This document shows positions 26,838-40,299 of a DNA stretch of 64,000 bases, one piece after another. The notes under the pieces were generated by a model that searched no databases, was not told the DNA's origin, and was given only the letters and a program-made list of their open reading frames with translations. The stretch lies in NCBI GenBank assembly GCA_951406725.2, contig OX597817.1:170128001-170192000 (forward strand), written 5' to 3'. A program made the translations under genes and the position numbers. Position 1 is the stretch's first letter; each line of letters begins with the position of its first letter. The stretch is from Octopus vulgaris (taxonomy: Eukaryota).

Positions 26838-27036
26838 GCAGGAGTGGCTGTGTGGTAAGTAGCTAGGTGCAAGAGTGGCTGTGTGGTAAGTAGCTTGCTT
26901 ACCAACCACATGGTTCTGGGTTCAGTCCCACTGCATGGCACCTTTGGCAAGTGTCTTCTACTAGAGCCTCGGGCCAACCAAAGCCTTGTGAGTGGATTTG
27001 GTAGACGGAAACTGAAAGAAGCCCGTCGTATATATG

Positions 27037-27090
<54 letters not shown>

Positions 27091-27308
27091 TGTGTGTGTG
27101 TTTGTGTTTGTCCCCCAACATCGCTTGACAACCGATGCTGGTGTGATTGCGTCTCCGTAACTTAGCGGTTCGGCAAAAGAGACCGATAGAATAGGTACTA
27201 GGCTTACAAAGAATAAGTCCTGGGGTCGATTTGCTCGACTAAAGGCGGTGCTCCAGCATGGCTGCAGTCAAATGACTGAAACAAGTAAAAGAGTAAAGAG
27301 AAAGAGTA
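26838..27308 (+). mobile_element. SINE family A with a duplicated 5' head
   Basis: GAGTGGCTGTGTGGTAAGTAGCT occurs twice in tandem. Confidence 0.92.
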
Positions 27309-27834
27309 ACCATAGAAAGGCTGCTGTCATTATGAAATATGAATATACTTAACAGTAAACAACAATATAGACACTAGTTTTGTCAATGAGAAAGAGACAA
27401 TAAATTAGTGGCAAAATAGCAGTAACGGGCAGTAAAGCAAGTGCAAACATATTTAATGTAGCAAGCCAGGAAATTTTAATTAAAATTACACCTATTCTGA
27501 CAAGAATCAATCATCTTAACTAAAAGTAATACTGCCTAGAGGGTGGTGGTCTTCTAAGATCATATTAATAATATTCTTCTTTTTGGAACCTGATTGTTAA
27601 TTACTTATATACAATAATTACGTATAATATAATGTAATTTGTTTTGACTAGCATTTCAAGTTTTTGCCTGATGGCTTGTTCAGCTCTACTTTTAGTACTA
27701 AGTCACTCCCATCAGTGAAAGTTCTGTCGTTATTCTTAAAATTTCTTCAAAATAACCTAAAATTAGCATTTAAATACACAAAATAATTGAGGTAGTTACA
27801 GTATGCGATAGGATAATTAAGCTGAGATTAATTA

Positions 27835-28255
27835 TCAACAACTCAATAGCAACGTATATTTCTGCATATACTTCACAATCAGGGCTGGCAGATGACCAAA
27901 AGGACCACTCTTATGGCCCTCCTGCAAGTTGTCTCAACAATAATCAACAACAATTTCCTTATTGTGCCTGTCAATTTTAACGGTCATGTTGGTCAACATC
28001 ACAAAGGCTTTTGTAGTATACAAGAAAGATATTGTCATGTTACAAGAAACAAAGATTTAAGGTTTCTAGAGTTCTACCATATATTTGATCAAAGAAAACA
28101 GCCAGCCACCTGATCACCAATTAATCAAGTGAACATACAGGTCAAACAGATTTCAGTCCCACCAGGAAACGGGATAGGCAGACCGTTGTAAACGCTAAAA
28201 CTTTTCCAGATGAAAACTGCACTATATCCAATATAGATTAGTGCTTAGTGACAGC
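27835..28255 (+). mobile_element. Old RTE endonuclease fragment
   Basis: NFNGHVG and RFLEF motifs. Confidence 0.7.
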
Positions 28256-28635
28256 CTAGTCACAGCAGCAGGTTTTCTCACATCAGAATGTACTCAACCA
28301 GTATTAAACACGGCTTTACATGAACATATTTTTATTCAACACTGCTTCGTGTCTACTTATTTGATTCTGGCTTAACCAAGCTTTACACACATCAACAAAT
28401 GCACTGTATATTGTTTTAATATAAGAATGAATTCATTCTTACTGGGCTGTAGATGACAGATTCGGAGCTTGTAGTTGACAACACAGACAAATGCAGAAAT
28501 GCATGATTCAGTAATTTCATTCACAGCCCAATATATGTTTTCACATATCATCTCAGAGGAGAAATTTCTCCTGAGACTTTTTTCACAGAAGAAAATATTC
28601 AAACATCAATATATTTTATTCAATGCTGCTTTGTG

Positions 28636-28671
<36 letters not shown>

Positions 28672-28799
28672 CACACACACCACACACAAACACTATACAC
28701 ACACACACACATACTAAGTATAAATTTGTATGCTACCAAACCTACATTTGCTACCATCCTTTGGATCCATGACACCCACCTCATTAACCTGTTGCACAT

Positions 28800-29037
28800 A
28801 CTCTTTTATTCTTTTACTCTTTTTACATGTTTCAGTCATTTGACTGCGGCCATGCTGGAGCACCGCCTTTAGTCGAGCAAATCGACCCCGGGACTTATTC
28901 TTTGTAAGCCCAGTACTTATTCTATCGGTCTCTTTTGCCGAACCGCTAAGTAACGGGGACGTAAACACACCAGCATCGGTTGTCAAGCAATGCTATGGGG
29001 ACAAACACAGACACACAAACATATACACACACACACT

Positions 29038-29071
<34 letters not shown>

Positions 29072-29237
29072 TACGACAGGCTTCTTTCAGTTTCCATCTA
29101 CCAAATCCATTCACAAGGCACTGGTCGGCCCGGGGCTATAGCAGAAGACACTTGCCCAAGATGCCACGCAGTGGGACTGAACCCGGAACCATGTGGTTGG
29201 TTAGCAAGCTACTTACCACACAGTCACTCCTGCACCT
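28800..29237 (-). mobile_element. SINE family A
   Basis: Full-length match. Confidence 0.93.
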
Positions 29238-29911
29238 GTCTTTCATTCATCTGTCTCATACATCATTCATTTCTTTATTACTCATCTCACTCACCATAAC
29301 AATGAGTGTTACAAGACCTACCTGCATTATTCAATCCTCCTTACCACCATCCTCATCATTCTACCTCTCACTCTCGTCACCAGCCTATGTTTAGGAGACT
29401 GCATTGTACTATTTCTACCCAATGCACACTAACTTCACCCTTTCTACACTGCCAGCCACCACTCTATCTTCCCTGGGCTACTTCTATTGTCACCTATCAC
29501 CTAATCTTACCTTCGACCACCTCTGCTATTGCCCATCACTGCCCCCAATCTTCACCCCAATCATTCTGTCTCTAAGATTATACTCTTGCTCCTTTTACCT
29601 ACCTAATCTGATTTTTCTTTTGTTACCACATTCTCCTATTTCCCTTCTCCATCACATTATCTCCAGCAACATACAAGTCCTAGGGTTTTAGGTATTAAGT
29701 ATTCTCTAAACTTACAGTTTACAAGGCAACCCCAACTTCTGTACTGGTACTACAACAAAAGACTCCAGCCCAGCACAGCTCTTGAGTGATTGGCAAGCAA
29801 GTAGAAGAGAAGTAAGCCTGAGTGGTCCCTTTAGTCCTGTTTCACAAAGGACTTCATAATATTTGTAATGCTGCTACTGCAAAGAAATGCATCCAGTACA
29901 CACTGTAAAAT

Positions 29912-30141
29912 GGCAGTGAGCAGGCAGAAACGTTAGCACGCCGGGCGAAATGCGTAGCCGTATTTCGTCTGTCGTTACGTTCTGAGTTCAAATCCCGCCG
30001 AGGTCGACTTTGCCTTTCATCCTTTCGGGGTCGATAAATTAAGTACCAGTTACGCACTGGAGTCGATGTAATCGACTTACTTCGTTTGTCTGTCCTTGTT
30101 TGTCCCCTCTATGTTTAGCTCCTTGTGAGCAATAAAGAAAC
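29912..30141 (+). mobile_element. SINE family B
   Basis: Consensus match; TSD ACACACTGTAAAAT. Confidence 0.92.
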
Positions 30142-30374
30142 ACACACTGTAAAATGGCAAATGAGTGGAGAAAATAAAAACTGTTGAGAGGATCATCAAG
30201 TCATGTCTTGCCAAGGACACAACAACCTATATATTGTTGGACCCATGATGATAGCAATTATAGTGCTGAGGATGATCATAATGATAACCATTACTGCAAC
30301 AATGACTCCGGTCTATCCTTAAATACAGAGTAACCATTTGTAAAAAACAAAACCAAAAAGGCAAGAACAATATA

Positions 30375-30937
30375 TTGGGTTGTCCGGAAAGTTTGTGCCG
30401 ATTTTTAAAGGAAAGAAAAAGGTCAGTAAATACTTGGCATTACATCTTAAATCAACCAAATATGAACCATTTTGTTGCACAATGCGTCTCCGTCTTTCCT
30501 TTAACTTGAAAATACCCTCTTCCCAGAATTGAGGTGGTTTCATGGCAAAGAATTCATCAAGGTATCTTTTTACGTCATCCAAGGAATTGAAATTTTTACC
30601 ATTTAGACTATTTTGCAGAGTGGAAATCTGAAAGAGCAATATCTGGTGAATATGGAGGGTTGGAGGGTAGGGTAACACATCCCAACCAAGCTGCAGCAAT
30701 TTTTGTCTGGTTCCCAAAGCATCAAGTGCTGAAAATGAACTTTCTTATCTTCCATTTTAAAGGGTTATAGAATTAACACAGGTTATAGGAACATAAACCT
30801 TCTTCCATGAAAAGATAGTGTAAACTGTGCTCTAAATAGAGGTGTAGTCAAATCCTATTTTATGGACTCAACCATGTTCTAAAATAAGTTGAAAGGTAAG
30901 CTACTATAAATTGGCAAAAACTTTCCGGACAACCTAA
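30375..30937 (-). mobile_element. Internally deleted mariner inserted in the last CATSPERE coding segment
   Basis: TIRs TTGGGTTGTCCGGAAAG / CTTTCCGGACAACCTAA with TA duplication; transposase C-terminus LGWDVLPYPP..FWEEGIFKLKER..NGSY. Confidence 0.92.
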
Positions 30938-31884
30938 TAAAAGAAATATTTCACATTTTATGAGAGACACAGAGTGGCCAACAGGGACAATATTCTTACA
31001 GTTGACTGATGCTACATGGACAGTAAATTTCCTATCAAGTGTTTCATGTGCATACCAATTCTCCTTAAAGTAATATGAAATAGGTTTTTTTAAGTGGGGA
31101 CCCATTAATTATTTGCTATGCACGTATATTTTTCATAATGTTGGGAAATTTAGTTGTTCATGCATCATTAGTTGTGGCTGACCCCCAAGTGCAAGTCTAA
31201 ACTTGAAATATTAATTAATTTGTCATTACTATATTAACTATCATTCCAATTTTGTTGACTCCAAAGAAAAGTAGCATTCTGTGAGCTGCTTTTCTGTGGA
31301 CTGATGGTGTATCAGAAGCCAAAACCCATTGAAGGCTTTCAACATAGTTCTTTTTTTTTTTGCTATATAGAAGTGAATGAAGTAGTATAGACATAGCTCA
31401 TCTCTTTGCTATAGACATTTTCTTCTGGGGGTATGTAAAGAAGCTTGACCAAAGTTAGACAAAGTATGCTGAAAAGCACACAATGAAAAATGATGCACTC
31501 ATACTATTAAGATCTCTATCATTGTTATAAAAAAACTTTGAAAATAACATGAAAAAAACCCAGTGCTTTCTTTTTTGCAATAAACACAAAGTTTGCTTAA
31601 TTAACATTTCAAGTTCAAACCTGAAACTAATAACTAAAGGGATCAACTAATTCTGCTACCAACAGGATAAAAATTATAACTGCATTGCAGAAAATTGATC
31701 ATCACCCTCATACTTTGACAGATGCCAAACTATGATGCCAAAGTTACTAAAGGCATACACTACTTATATCAATAAGAAGTTCAAGAATAGATTGACTATT
31801 ACAAAGAAATGAACCACTTTAGATATGAATTACAAATGTTATTTTCACATCCCAATAATTGTTTTAATATTTATCATTCCATGA

Positions 31885-32098
31885 AGGCAGTGAGTTGGTA
31901 GAATCGTTAGCATGCTGGACAAAATACTCAACAGCATCTCGTTTGTCATTACGTTCTGAGTTCAAATGCCACCAAGATCAACTTTGCTTTTCATCCTTTC
32001 AAGGTCATTGAAATACGTACCAGTTGAACACTGGGGATTGATGTAATTGACTTACCTCCTCCCCATAAATTGCTGGCCTTGTGCCAATATTTGAAACC
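31885..32098 (+). mobile_element. SINE family B, older copy
   Basis: 18-bp TSD AATATTTATCATTCCATG (31866-31883 and 32099-32116). Confidence 0.85.
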
Positions 32099-34040
32099 AA
32101 TATTTATCATTCCATGCCAGGTAGTTAAGCTCTGGATTAGCCATCATCAAACAGACTCATGATCAAAGCCATTCCAGACATGACCAGGCACGAATATATG
32201 GTTAAGAAGCTCACTTTGCAAGCACACTGTTTCAGGTTCAGTCCCACCATAATGCACTTTGGGCAAATATCAACTATAGCCCTAGGCCAACCAATGCCTT
32301 GTGAGTGAATTTGGTAGAAGGAAACTGGGAAGAAGCCTGACATATGCATATGAAAATGTGTGCATAAGTTTGTCCCCTATCACTACTGTACAACTAGTGT
32401 TAATTGTTTATGTCACATGTAACTTAGCAGTTTGACATATGAGACAGATAAAGTACTGGATCAATTTGTTCAGCTAAACCCTGCAAGGATGTGCTCCAGC
32501 ATGACCAGTCCAATGAATGAAACAAAAACAGTCACAGTATACCTAGACTACATTATCCAATATGTTATCTTTTCTTACAATAGTAGAATGTAGCTTGAGA
32601 AATATTCGACTGCTATTTCTTGCAAGCTGAGAAATTGCATAGTGGCTTTCTTGTTGGTTTATTGATGTCGATGATGACAGAGGTGCTGGCAGTAAATTGT
32701 TCACTTGTAATAATCAATGAGAAGATAGGCTATCATACTGCATTAGAAATAAAATATTTTCTCACACAAATCATTTAGAATTTTACTGTAACCTACTTCC
32801 TTTCTTTATAATATTCAATGTGTTTTTGTGTTACTTTATTTGTGTAGGTAGTTTATAAATTTTAAATAGAATCTGTCAAAGTCAAAGCTTTCCTTTCGTT
32901 TTAAGACAACTAGTCTATGTTTGAAGCACTTGATGGATTTACTGTCCTTGCAGCATCTCAAGACCAAGGCATATTCTATTGCAGTTGGTGAATTCCGACA
33001 CTAAACATGACAAGCCATTCTACTAAAGTAGATAATTACCAACTTTTCTAGCAACGATTGTGTTACAAGAGCAGATTAAAAAACTGGAATTTCTCACACT
33101 ATCATCAGCTGTCAACGAGTTGGACAAAGAAAAACAAATGTGTGTGCCATATGCGCTGTTAATTTTAGGATTTGTTTCACATCATTCCGTCATTATATCT
33201 TTCCGAGCTAATGCTTCTTGGGGTTGCTTCCTTTTACTGTGACTATTAGTGTTTAAAACCTCATTTGCCTTTGAAATGCAAGAAGATTTGCTTGAGATTC
33301 TCAGTTGTAATCTCTTGAATATATTTGGGAAACACCAACATCAGCTGATTAAATCAACTCCTAGTGTTTGATTGGTACCTTTTTTTTGTTTTACTGACCC
33401 CTTCCCCAAAGGATAAAATTAGCTCAAACAATTCTGCTAACCCACTAAATGTGTTCAATGAGACAGATATCAAAATTTGAAGGGCAAGAGGAAAATATTT
33501 GATTCCCAGATTGTTTGTCCTCAGAAATGCAGTCTCCGATATTCCCTCTCTGTTCATGTGTTTCTTAGAGACACTATTGTACAGCAGCTTCATACTACAA
33601 AATCACTTGCACCATCTTCAGTATGGGAAGATTGGCAAATGTCATGAGCATTGTTCCTCCAATTTTTACTATCTTATAAAAATAAAGCAGAAAACATTTA
33701 AAGGAAAAAATTTCCAGACACAATTTTTCTTTTTTCAAATCTATAGTAATAAGGATAATTTTGGTCTATTAACAGCATCAGGTTATTTCACTTAAAATAT
33801 TTCTAATCACTATATTTTATGTAAACACAAATATATTTTATGCAAACATCTTATTCCTCTTCTCTGGTTTTGGGTTTCTTTCACCAAATAAATTTACAAG
33901 CAGTTTAGCTTCATTGCGATGCTCAAATAACAGAAAAGGTAAGATGATAACAAAAAACCCCCACAAATTTTGTTAAATAATTGGGCTATACCATCAGTTA
34001 TTGTAACCATTAGAATGCATTAAAAATATGAACTGAGAAA

Positions 34041-34202
34041 TGGTGCAGGAGTGGCTGTGTAGTAAGAAGCTTGCTTCCCAACCGCATCATCCCGGGTTCA
34101 GTCCCACTGCGTGGCACCTTGGGTAAGTGTCTTCTACTCTAGTCTCAAGCCAATCAAAGCCTTGTGAGTGGATTTGATAGATGGAAACTGAAAGAAGCCG
34201 GT

Positions 34203-34255
<53 letters not shown>

Positions 34256-34705
34256 GGTATGGGCCCAGTCACTGCAGAGTGAGGTAGGCTTTAGAGTTCA
34301 TGAAAAAAACAAAAGACAAAGACAGGTGGCGTACAAAACAAACAGATGTATTAGTATAACGCTCAGGAATTGAAAAAAGTCTTTAGCGTTTCGAGCCTAT
34401 GCTCTTCTACAGAAAGGGGCACAGAAAAAAACAAGGAGAGAAACAAGGAGAGAAAAAAAATGTGTGCAGTGGCTACCAATGTGTGTATATATTTGTGTGT
34501 GTCTGTGTTTGTCCCCACACCATCCCTTGACAACCGACGTTGGTGTGTTTACATCCCCGTAACTTAGCGGTTTCCGCAAAAGCAACTGATAGGCTAAGTA
34601 TTAGGCTAACAAAGAATAAGTCCTGGGGTCAATTTGTTCAACTAAAGGCGGTGCTCCAGCATGGCCACAGTCAAATGACTGAAAAAAGTAAAAGAATAAA
34701 AGAAT
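34041..34705 (+). mobile_element. SINE family A interrupted in its microsatellite by a Penelope-type fragment (34255-34477)
   Basis: SINE halves flank the insert; minus strand CTGTAGAAGAGCATAGGCTCGAAACG is a hammerhead-like core. Confidence 0.85.
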
Positions 34706-36053
34706 AGAATACACACACACAGAAGTGGAAGAACAGATAAAAAAAGTAACAGGCTGATTAAGTTCCACATTACATAAAATATTTTTAGCAAAGCTATGTG
34801 GAACTGTGTCAGCCTATTACTAGTGTGTGTGTGTGTGTGTGTTGTAACTAGCCAAGGTATATATTTGATATATGCCTATCAATGTATCAGTCAAAACTCT
34901 CCAAATGGGCTTGTCTCCTACAATCTTCTGTTATTAATTCGTTTTGTTTGTCTATGGGTGTGTAACAATACATGTTATGCAAATTTAACATTATTTAGAA
35001 GTTTATAGAATCAATATTCCAAAATATTTTTCCATTTAAGTATTTTGTGGTTTATGGAAAAACCATTTATTGCTCATTTAAAAGAAAATTTACAAGAAAA
35101 AACTTAATGTATTTATTTTTTCATATACAGAGAAGTAAATAACAGTATGTATACACAAATATAACTTGATAGGACATATTTCACTGCATAATCTATGGCT
35201 TACATAAATTCTTATTAACAGATGATCAAAATTGCAAAACTACATTAGATTTATTCTTCTAACTGCTCTCAGCAAAATTGTTTATTTAAAGATTGGATAA
35301 AATACTAAGAAATTTGTACTGGATTCAGGCATTTAAATATTGCGAAATGAAAAATGATAATAACCATTCCCTCTCTCAGTCTCTCTTTTAAAGATTTTCT
35401 GAATTGTTCAGACATGTCGCAAACATATCATATCTGCATATATTGAAACTGTTTCGATTTCCTACATTCTCATTTATCAGAGAGCCTAACATCAAAGATC
35501 CTAATATCAAAGATCTAAATTCCTTCAAAATCAGATTGAGCGAGTTCTTAAAATTCATCACAAACCAGCAGCATGCAAATCAAAAGGCTGCCTAAAACTA
35601 CTGCTTCAAACATGAACAGAATTATATATGGTGAGGATTCATCCAAATAGAATATTTGTCTAAAACAGATAAGACAGCTACAAGCAACATCATTGCAAAC
35701 AATAATAATACACACATGTCCATGCTACCACCACAACCTTTTGTATTTAGATCAAAGGAAATCAGAGTATATCATTTTGATTAGTAAGGAACTAGCATGC
35801 TACGTGGGAACAGTTGCTATATACAAAGTGTTTGCAATATGATTGTGAGATTTAAATTTCCGGGAGCTAATAATATGAACATATGAATTTAATCTGTTGC
35901 ATCTAGCCATTAAAATATGCCTTTCAGTAAGACAGTAAGCTTCACTTACTCTGGTCTGACTGACTGAGAATCTTACTCCATACGCAAGATGATCATGGAA
36001 AGAATACCCTGATCTCATAAATATTACCATCATTGTATTATAAAAATTACTTA

Positions 36054-36221
36054 GCAGGAGTGGCTGTGTGGTAAGTAGCTTGTTTACCAACCACATGGTT
36101 CCGGGTTCAGTCCCACTGCATGGCACCTTGGGCAAGTGTCTTCTACTATAGCCTCGGGCCGACCAAAGCCTTGTGAGTGGATTTGGTAGACGGAAACTGA
36201 AAGAAGCCCGTCGTATATATG

Positions 36222-36265
<44 letters not shown>

Positions 36266-36528
36266 TGTGTGTGTTTGTGTATCTGTGTTTGTCCCCCTAG
36301 CATTGCTTGACGACCGATGCTGGTGTGTTTATGTCCGTTACTTAGCGGTTCGGCAAAAGTGCTGGGGCACTGCCTTTTTTAGTCGAGCAAATCGACCCCG
36401 GGACTTATTCTTTGTAAGCCCAGTACTTATTCTATCGGTCTCTTTTGCCGAACCGCTAAGTGACGGGGACGTAAACACACCAGCATCGGTTGTCAAGCAA
36501 TGCTAGGGGGACAAACACAGACACACAA

Positions 36529-36580
<52 letters not shown>

Positions 36581-36742
36581 GACAGGCTTCTTTCAGTTTC
36601 CGTCTACCAAATCCACTCACAAGGCATTTGTTGGCCCGGGGCTATAGCAGAAGACACTTGCCCAAGATGCCACGCAGTGGGACTGAACCCGGAACCATGT
36701 GGTTGGTTAGCAAGCTACTTACCACACAGCCACTCCTGCGCC
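36054..36742. mobile_element. Tail-to-tail inverted pair of family A SINEs
   Basis: A + copy (36054-36359) abuts a - copy (36360-36742); both lack their 3' tails. Confidence 0.9.
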
Positions 36743-37409
36743 TATGTCACTTTTATTTAATCTATGTCACTTTTATTTAAACTGATTTGAATTTCTTTTG
36801 CCTCTCCTATTTCCCCACTACCTCTACCTCAGTCACCCAATACTAAATGCTGTTAATCCTCTTTCCTCAGAACTATTTCATTCTGAAACTCCCTTTTCTC
36901 ACAGATAGTCCTTTGATCACAAATCTGCAAATATTTAAACCAGTTAATCAAAGTAAAATACTAAAGTCAGTGAGTAAAAAGAAAACTAGTGTCTGCACCA
37001 ACAAAACATCAGTCCAGTAAATTTTACAAAATGGATTAACCTTTGGCTGCCCAAAGCATTTACATAAGTTTGTTCTAAACATCTATGGTTGTTTTAAGAC
37101 CTTTAGTTAGCTCCTGTTTCATATGTTTTGAGTAATATAAAGCTTTCCTTTCATGACCATATGTTACATTGGTTGTTGAAGAAATTAGGAATGCATATCA
37201 CATATAATGCACGGACACCAGAGAAACATGTCCTGTATATCACATGTGACACACAGAACAGGCAAAGGGTTAAGTTTGTGAATCATGAGATGTAGTTAAT
37301 AGTCTGAACATAAAGAATTTGTCATTACTGTAAATCATTAATAGAATTATTAAAATTTGTGATATACTCTCTTCAAATACTATTTGCTAGTAAAAAAAAT
37401 TTATACATA

Positions 37410-37580
37410 GGCGCAGGAGTGGCTGTGTGGTAAGTAGCTTGCTTACCAACCACATGATTCCGGGTTCAGTCACACTGCGTGGCACCTTGGGCAAGTGTCT
37501 TCTACTATAGCCTTGGGCCGACCAAAGCATTGTGAGTGGATTTGGTAGACAGAAAATGAAAGAAGCCCATCGTATATATG

Positions 37581-37634
<54 letters not shown>

Positions 37635-37843
37635 TGTGTTTGTGTGTGTCTGTGTTTGTCCCCCATAGATCGCTTGACAACCGATGGTGGTGTGTTTACA
37701 TCCCCGTAAGTTAGCGGTTCGGCAAAAGAGACCGATAGATTAAGTACTAGGCTTACAAAGAATAAGTCCTGGGGTCGATTTGTTCGACTAAAGGCGGTGC
37801 TCCAGCATGGCAACAGTCACATGACTGAAACAAGTAAAAGAGT
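37410..37843 (+). mobile_element. SINE family A
   Basis: Full-length match. Confidence 0.93.
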
Positions 37844-38965
37844 GACTATGGTGTCTGTTAATCTGTCAAAAAAATATTCTTTGTTGTAAAAAAAAAAAAA
37901 ATCAATTTTTAATGAAGGGGGTGATTTATTTAAAGGAAAAACTAAAATGATTATCTTTTTACTTTCTTTACATTTAGGTATTTATAGCCTAAAAGTAGGG
38001 AAGTTGCATTAGTACAATGATGAAGTGTTTCTCCCCGCTTTTGGAAAGTAGTTTGTTCTCATGTTATTTAAAGCTTAAAATAAAGATCCCTACCTTCCCC
38101 CTTCATCAAACACACACACTTCAGTTGATAGAAATATCAATAAATTTCTTAATACCTGAAATTAAGTCACATTTATTGACTTTTGAAATACCATATTTTG
38201 TGCTATTGGTGCTAGTGACATTTCACAGTGTCTTTATTGTATTTTATTATAAACCTTACAAACTGACATCAAACATCTAAATCACAGTGATTTAATGGTA
38301 GAATCCAGCTTTGTATGAAACATGACACCTAAATATATCCATATAATATGATGACTCTAATCCATCCTATTTAAGTTATTGTATAAATGTAATTCTATAG
38401 GAATAATCTATAAATTGACATGACAGTTAATATCAAGAACCTGTAGAACCTAACAACGACAGGAAACTGGTTCAGCTCCTTTATTACTTTCTAGCAATGT
38501 CAGTTTATTAAAATTAGAATTTTACAGACTATTAACCTCATCTTTATATACATTCAATATATTTATATTTACATTATGTATGTCTACTCAAGTAGATGTA
38601 AATACTGTATATAACTATAGACTCCGTAGAAGATGAGGTAAATGTTCTAGAAAAATTATAACATCTTAATAATAGCAAGTTATCTAATTATCTAAGATGT
38701 TTAGATGCTTACACTATTGTGATTCTATTCATCTTTATCCATCTTTTAGCTTATATTTGTTTCAGTCATAAACACTGCAGTTACACTCGAAGAGTTTATA
38801 TGAATAAATTGCACCCGGTACTTATTTTTAAATCTGGTACTTATTATTTTGGTAGCTTTTGTCAAGCTGCTAAGTTACAGGGACATAAACAAACAAACAC
38901 AAGTTGCTATGAGGTGAAAGGGGGATAAATAGAAACACACACACACACACATATATGTATTCTAT

Positions 38966-39221
38966 GCCGGTGGCACGTAAAAAGCACCAACCGATCGTGG
39001 CCGTTGCCAGCCTCCCCTGGCACCTGTGCCGGTGGCACGTAAAAAGCACCCACTACACTCACAGAGTGGTTGGCGTTAGGAAGGGCATCCAGTTGTAGAT
39101 ACACTGCCAGATCAGACTGGAGCCCGGTGCAGCCTCCTGGCTCCCCAGACCCCAGTCGAACCGTCCAACCCATGCTAGCATGGAAAACGGACGTTAAACG
39201 ATGATGATGATGATGATGATG
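38966..39221 (+). mobile_element. Retroposon family C nested in an old family A copy (~38740-39370, minus strand)
   Basis: Core and (GAT)n tail; flanks align to family A. Confidence 0.85.
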
Positions 39222-39968
39222 AACTTCCACACAGTTTCCACCAACGAAATTCACTCTCAAGGAACTGGTTAACTTGTGGCTAAAACAGAAGACACTTGCC
39301 AAAGATGTTGCACAGTGGGACTGAACCTGAAAACATGTGGTTTCAAAGCAAGCTTCTTAACCAAACAGTTATATTGAAATGCTCTTCCAAATTCCTCATC
39401 TTTCAGTCATTTTGTTGTCTTTCTTTCTATAGCTGTTGTAATTGTATAGCCACAGGTCATCCCTGATTGGGCACATCTATGGCACACAGACAGCAATCGA
39501 TGAGTGAGGTAGTAGATCAATATTATATGCATGTATACTCTGCCATTTCTCTTCAACTAATGCCCCTTAGTAAACACATCAATGATACAAAACTCTCATT
39601 CACATCTGCCTGCTGTCAAGAGAAATTAATATCTATATTGAATAATTTTATTTAATATACATGTATTTGAAGGTGATATATCAGTAGATTGCAGTGAAGG
39701 ATTTACATGTCTTGGAAGGTATCTTACTAAACTAATCACTAGTTAGGAAGTTTAGGCCCTGAAGACATCTATAACTAACAAGTTTAACTAAATATTTTAT
39801 TAGTAAAAATAAGCATGCGTATTATGTGTATATGTGTGTACATGTGTCTGTATACATAGATATGATCACACTGCACAGCAACTTCAACAGGTATCTTCAT
39901 TTAGCAAAAGCCCTCTGAGCGAAATTTGATAAACAGAAAATGTACAAAAGCTTGTCAGATATATGTTC

Positions 39969-40022
<54 letters not shown>

Positions 40023-40299
40023 TTCCATGTGTGTGTGTGTGTGTGTGTGTGTTGTTGTGTACATATATATAATCACACAGCACAGTAACTTCAGCAGGTA
40101 TTTTCATTTAACCAAAGCCTTCTAAGCAAAATTTTTATAAACAGAAATTGTATGAAAGCCTATCATGTGAGAGTGTGTGTGTATGTGTGTATGTGAGAGA
40201 GAGAAAGAGAAAGAAAGACAGAGAGAGGGATGGGAGGTGAGGAAAGGAGAGAGATCATTTTCACATCCATTTTTCCATGCTTGCATGGGTTGCAAGGGT

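Larger units (their letters stand above)
22795..28640 (-). pseudogene. CATSPER3: Decayed pore-forming CatSper3 gene (S1-S6 and C-terminal coil remnants)
   Basis: *ARIK*VDTKQC* (28374-28336) vs ELSMKVYVDPINYW. S4 LQIRIMKL (26061-26038) vs MQSLRILKL. LISAV (26024-26010) vs LITAV. S5 ISVVLSFLLLF vs VASVLLLLFLL. Pore helix SLAT (25707-25696) vs FSLAT, followed by a GT. S6 FLILLGSI after the acceptor at 24901 vs IFILLASF. MIFAEPFSVLQRIQ (23589-23548) vs MLMGEKQVILQRQQ. LYSFEIIDKIWLM (~22855-22815) vs LYYEIVHVLSLM. Confidence 0.7.
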
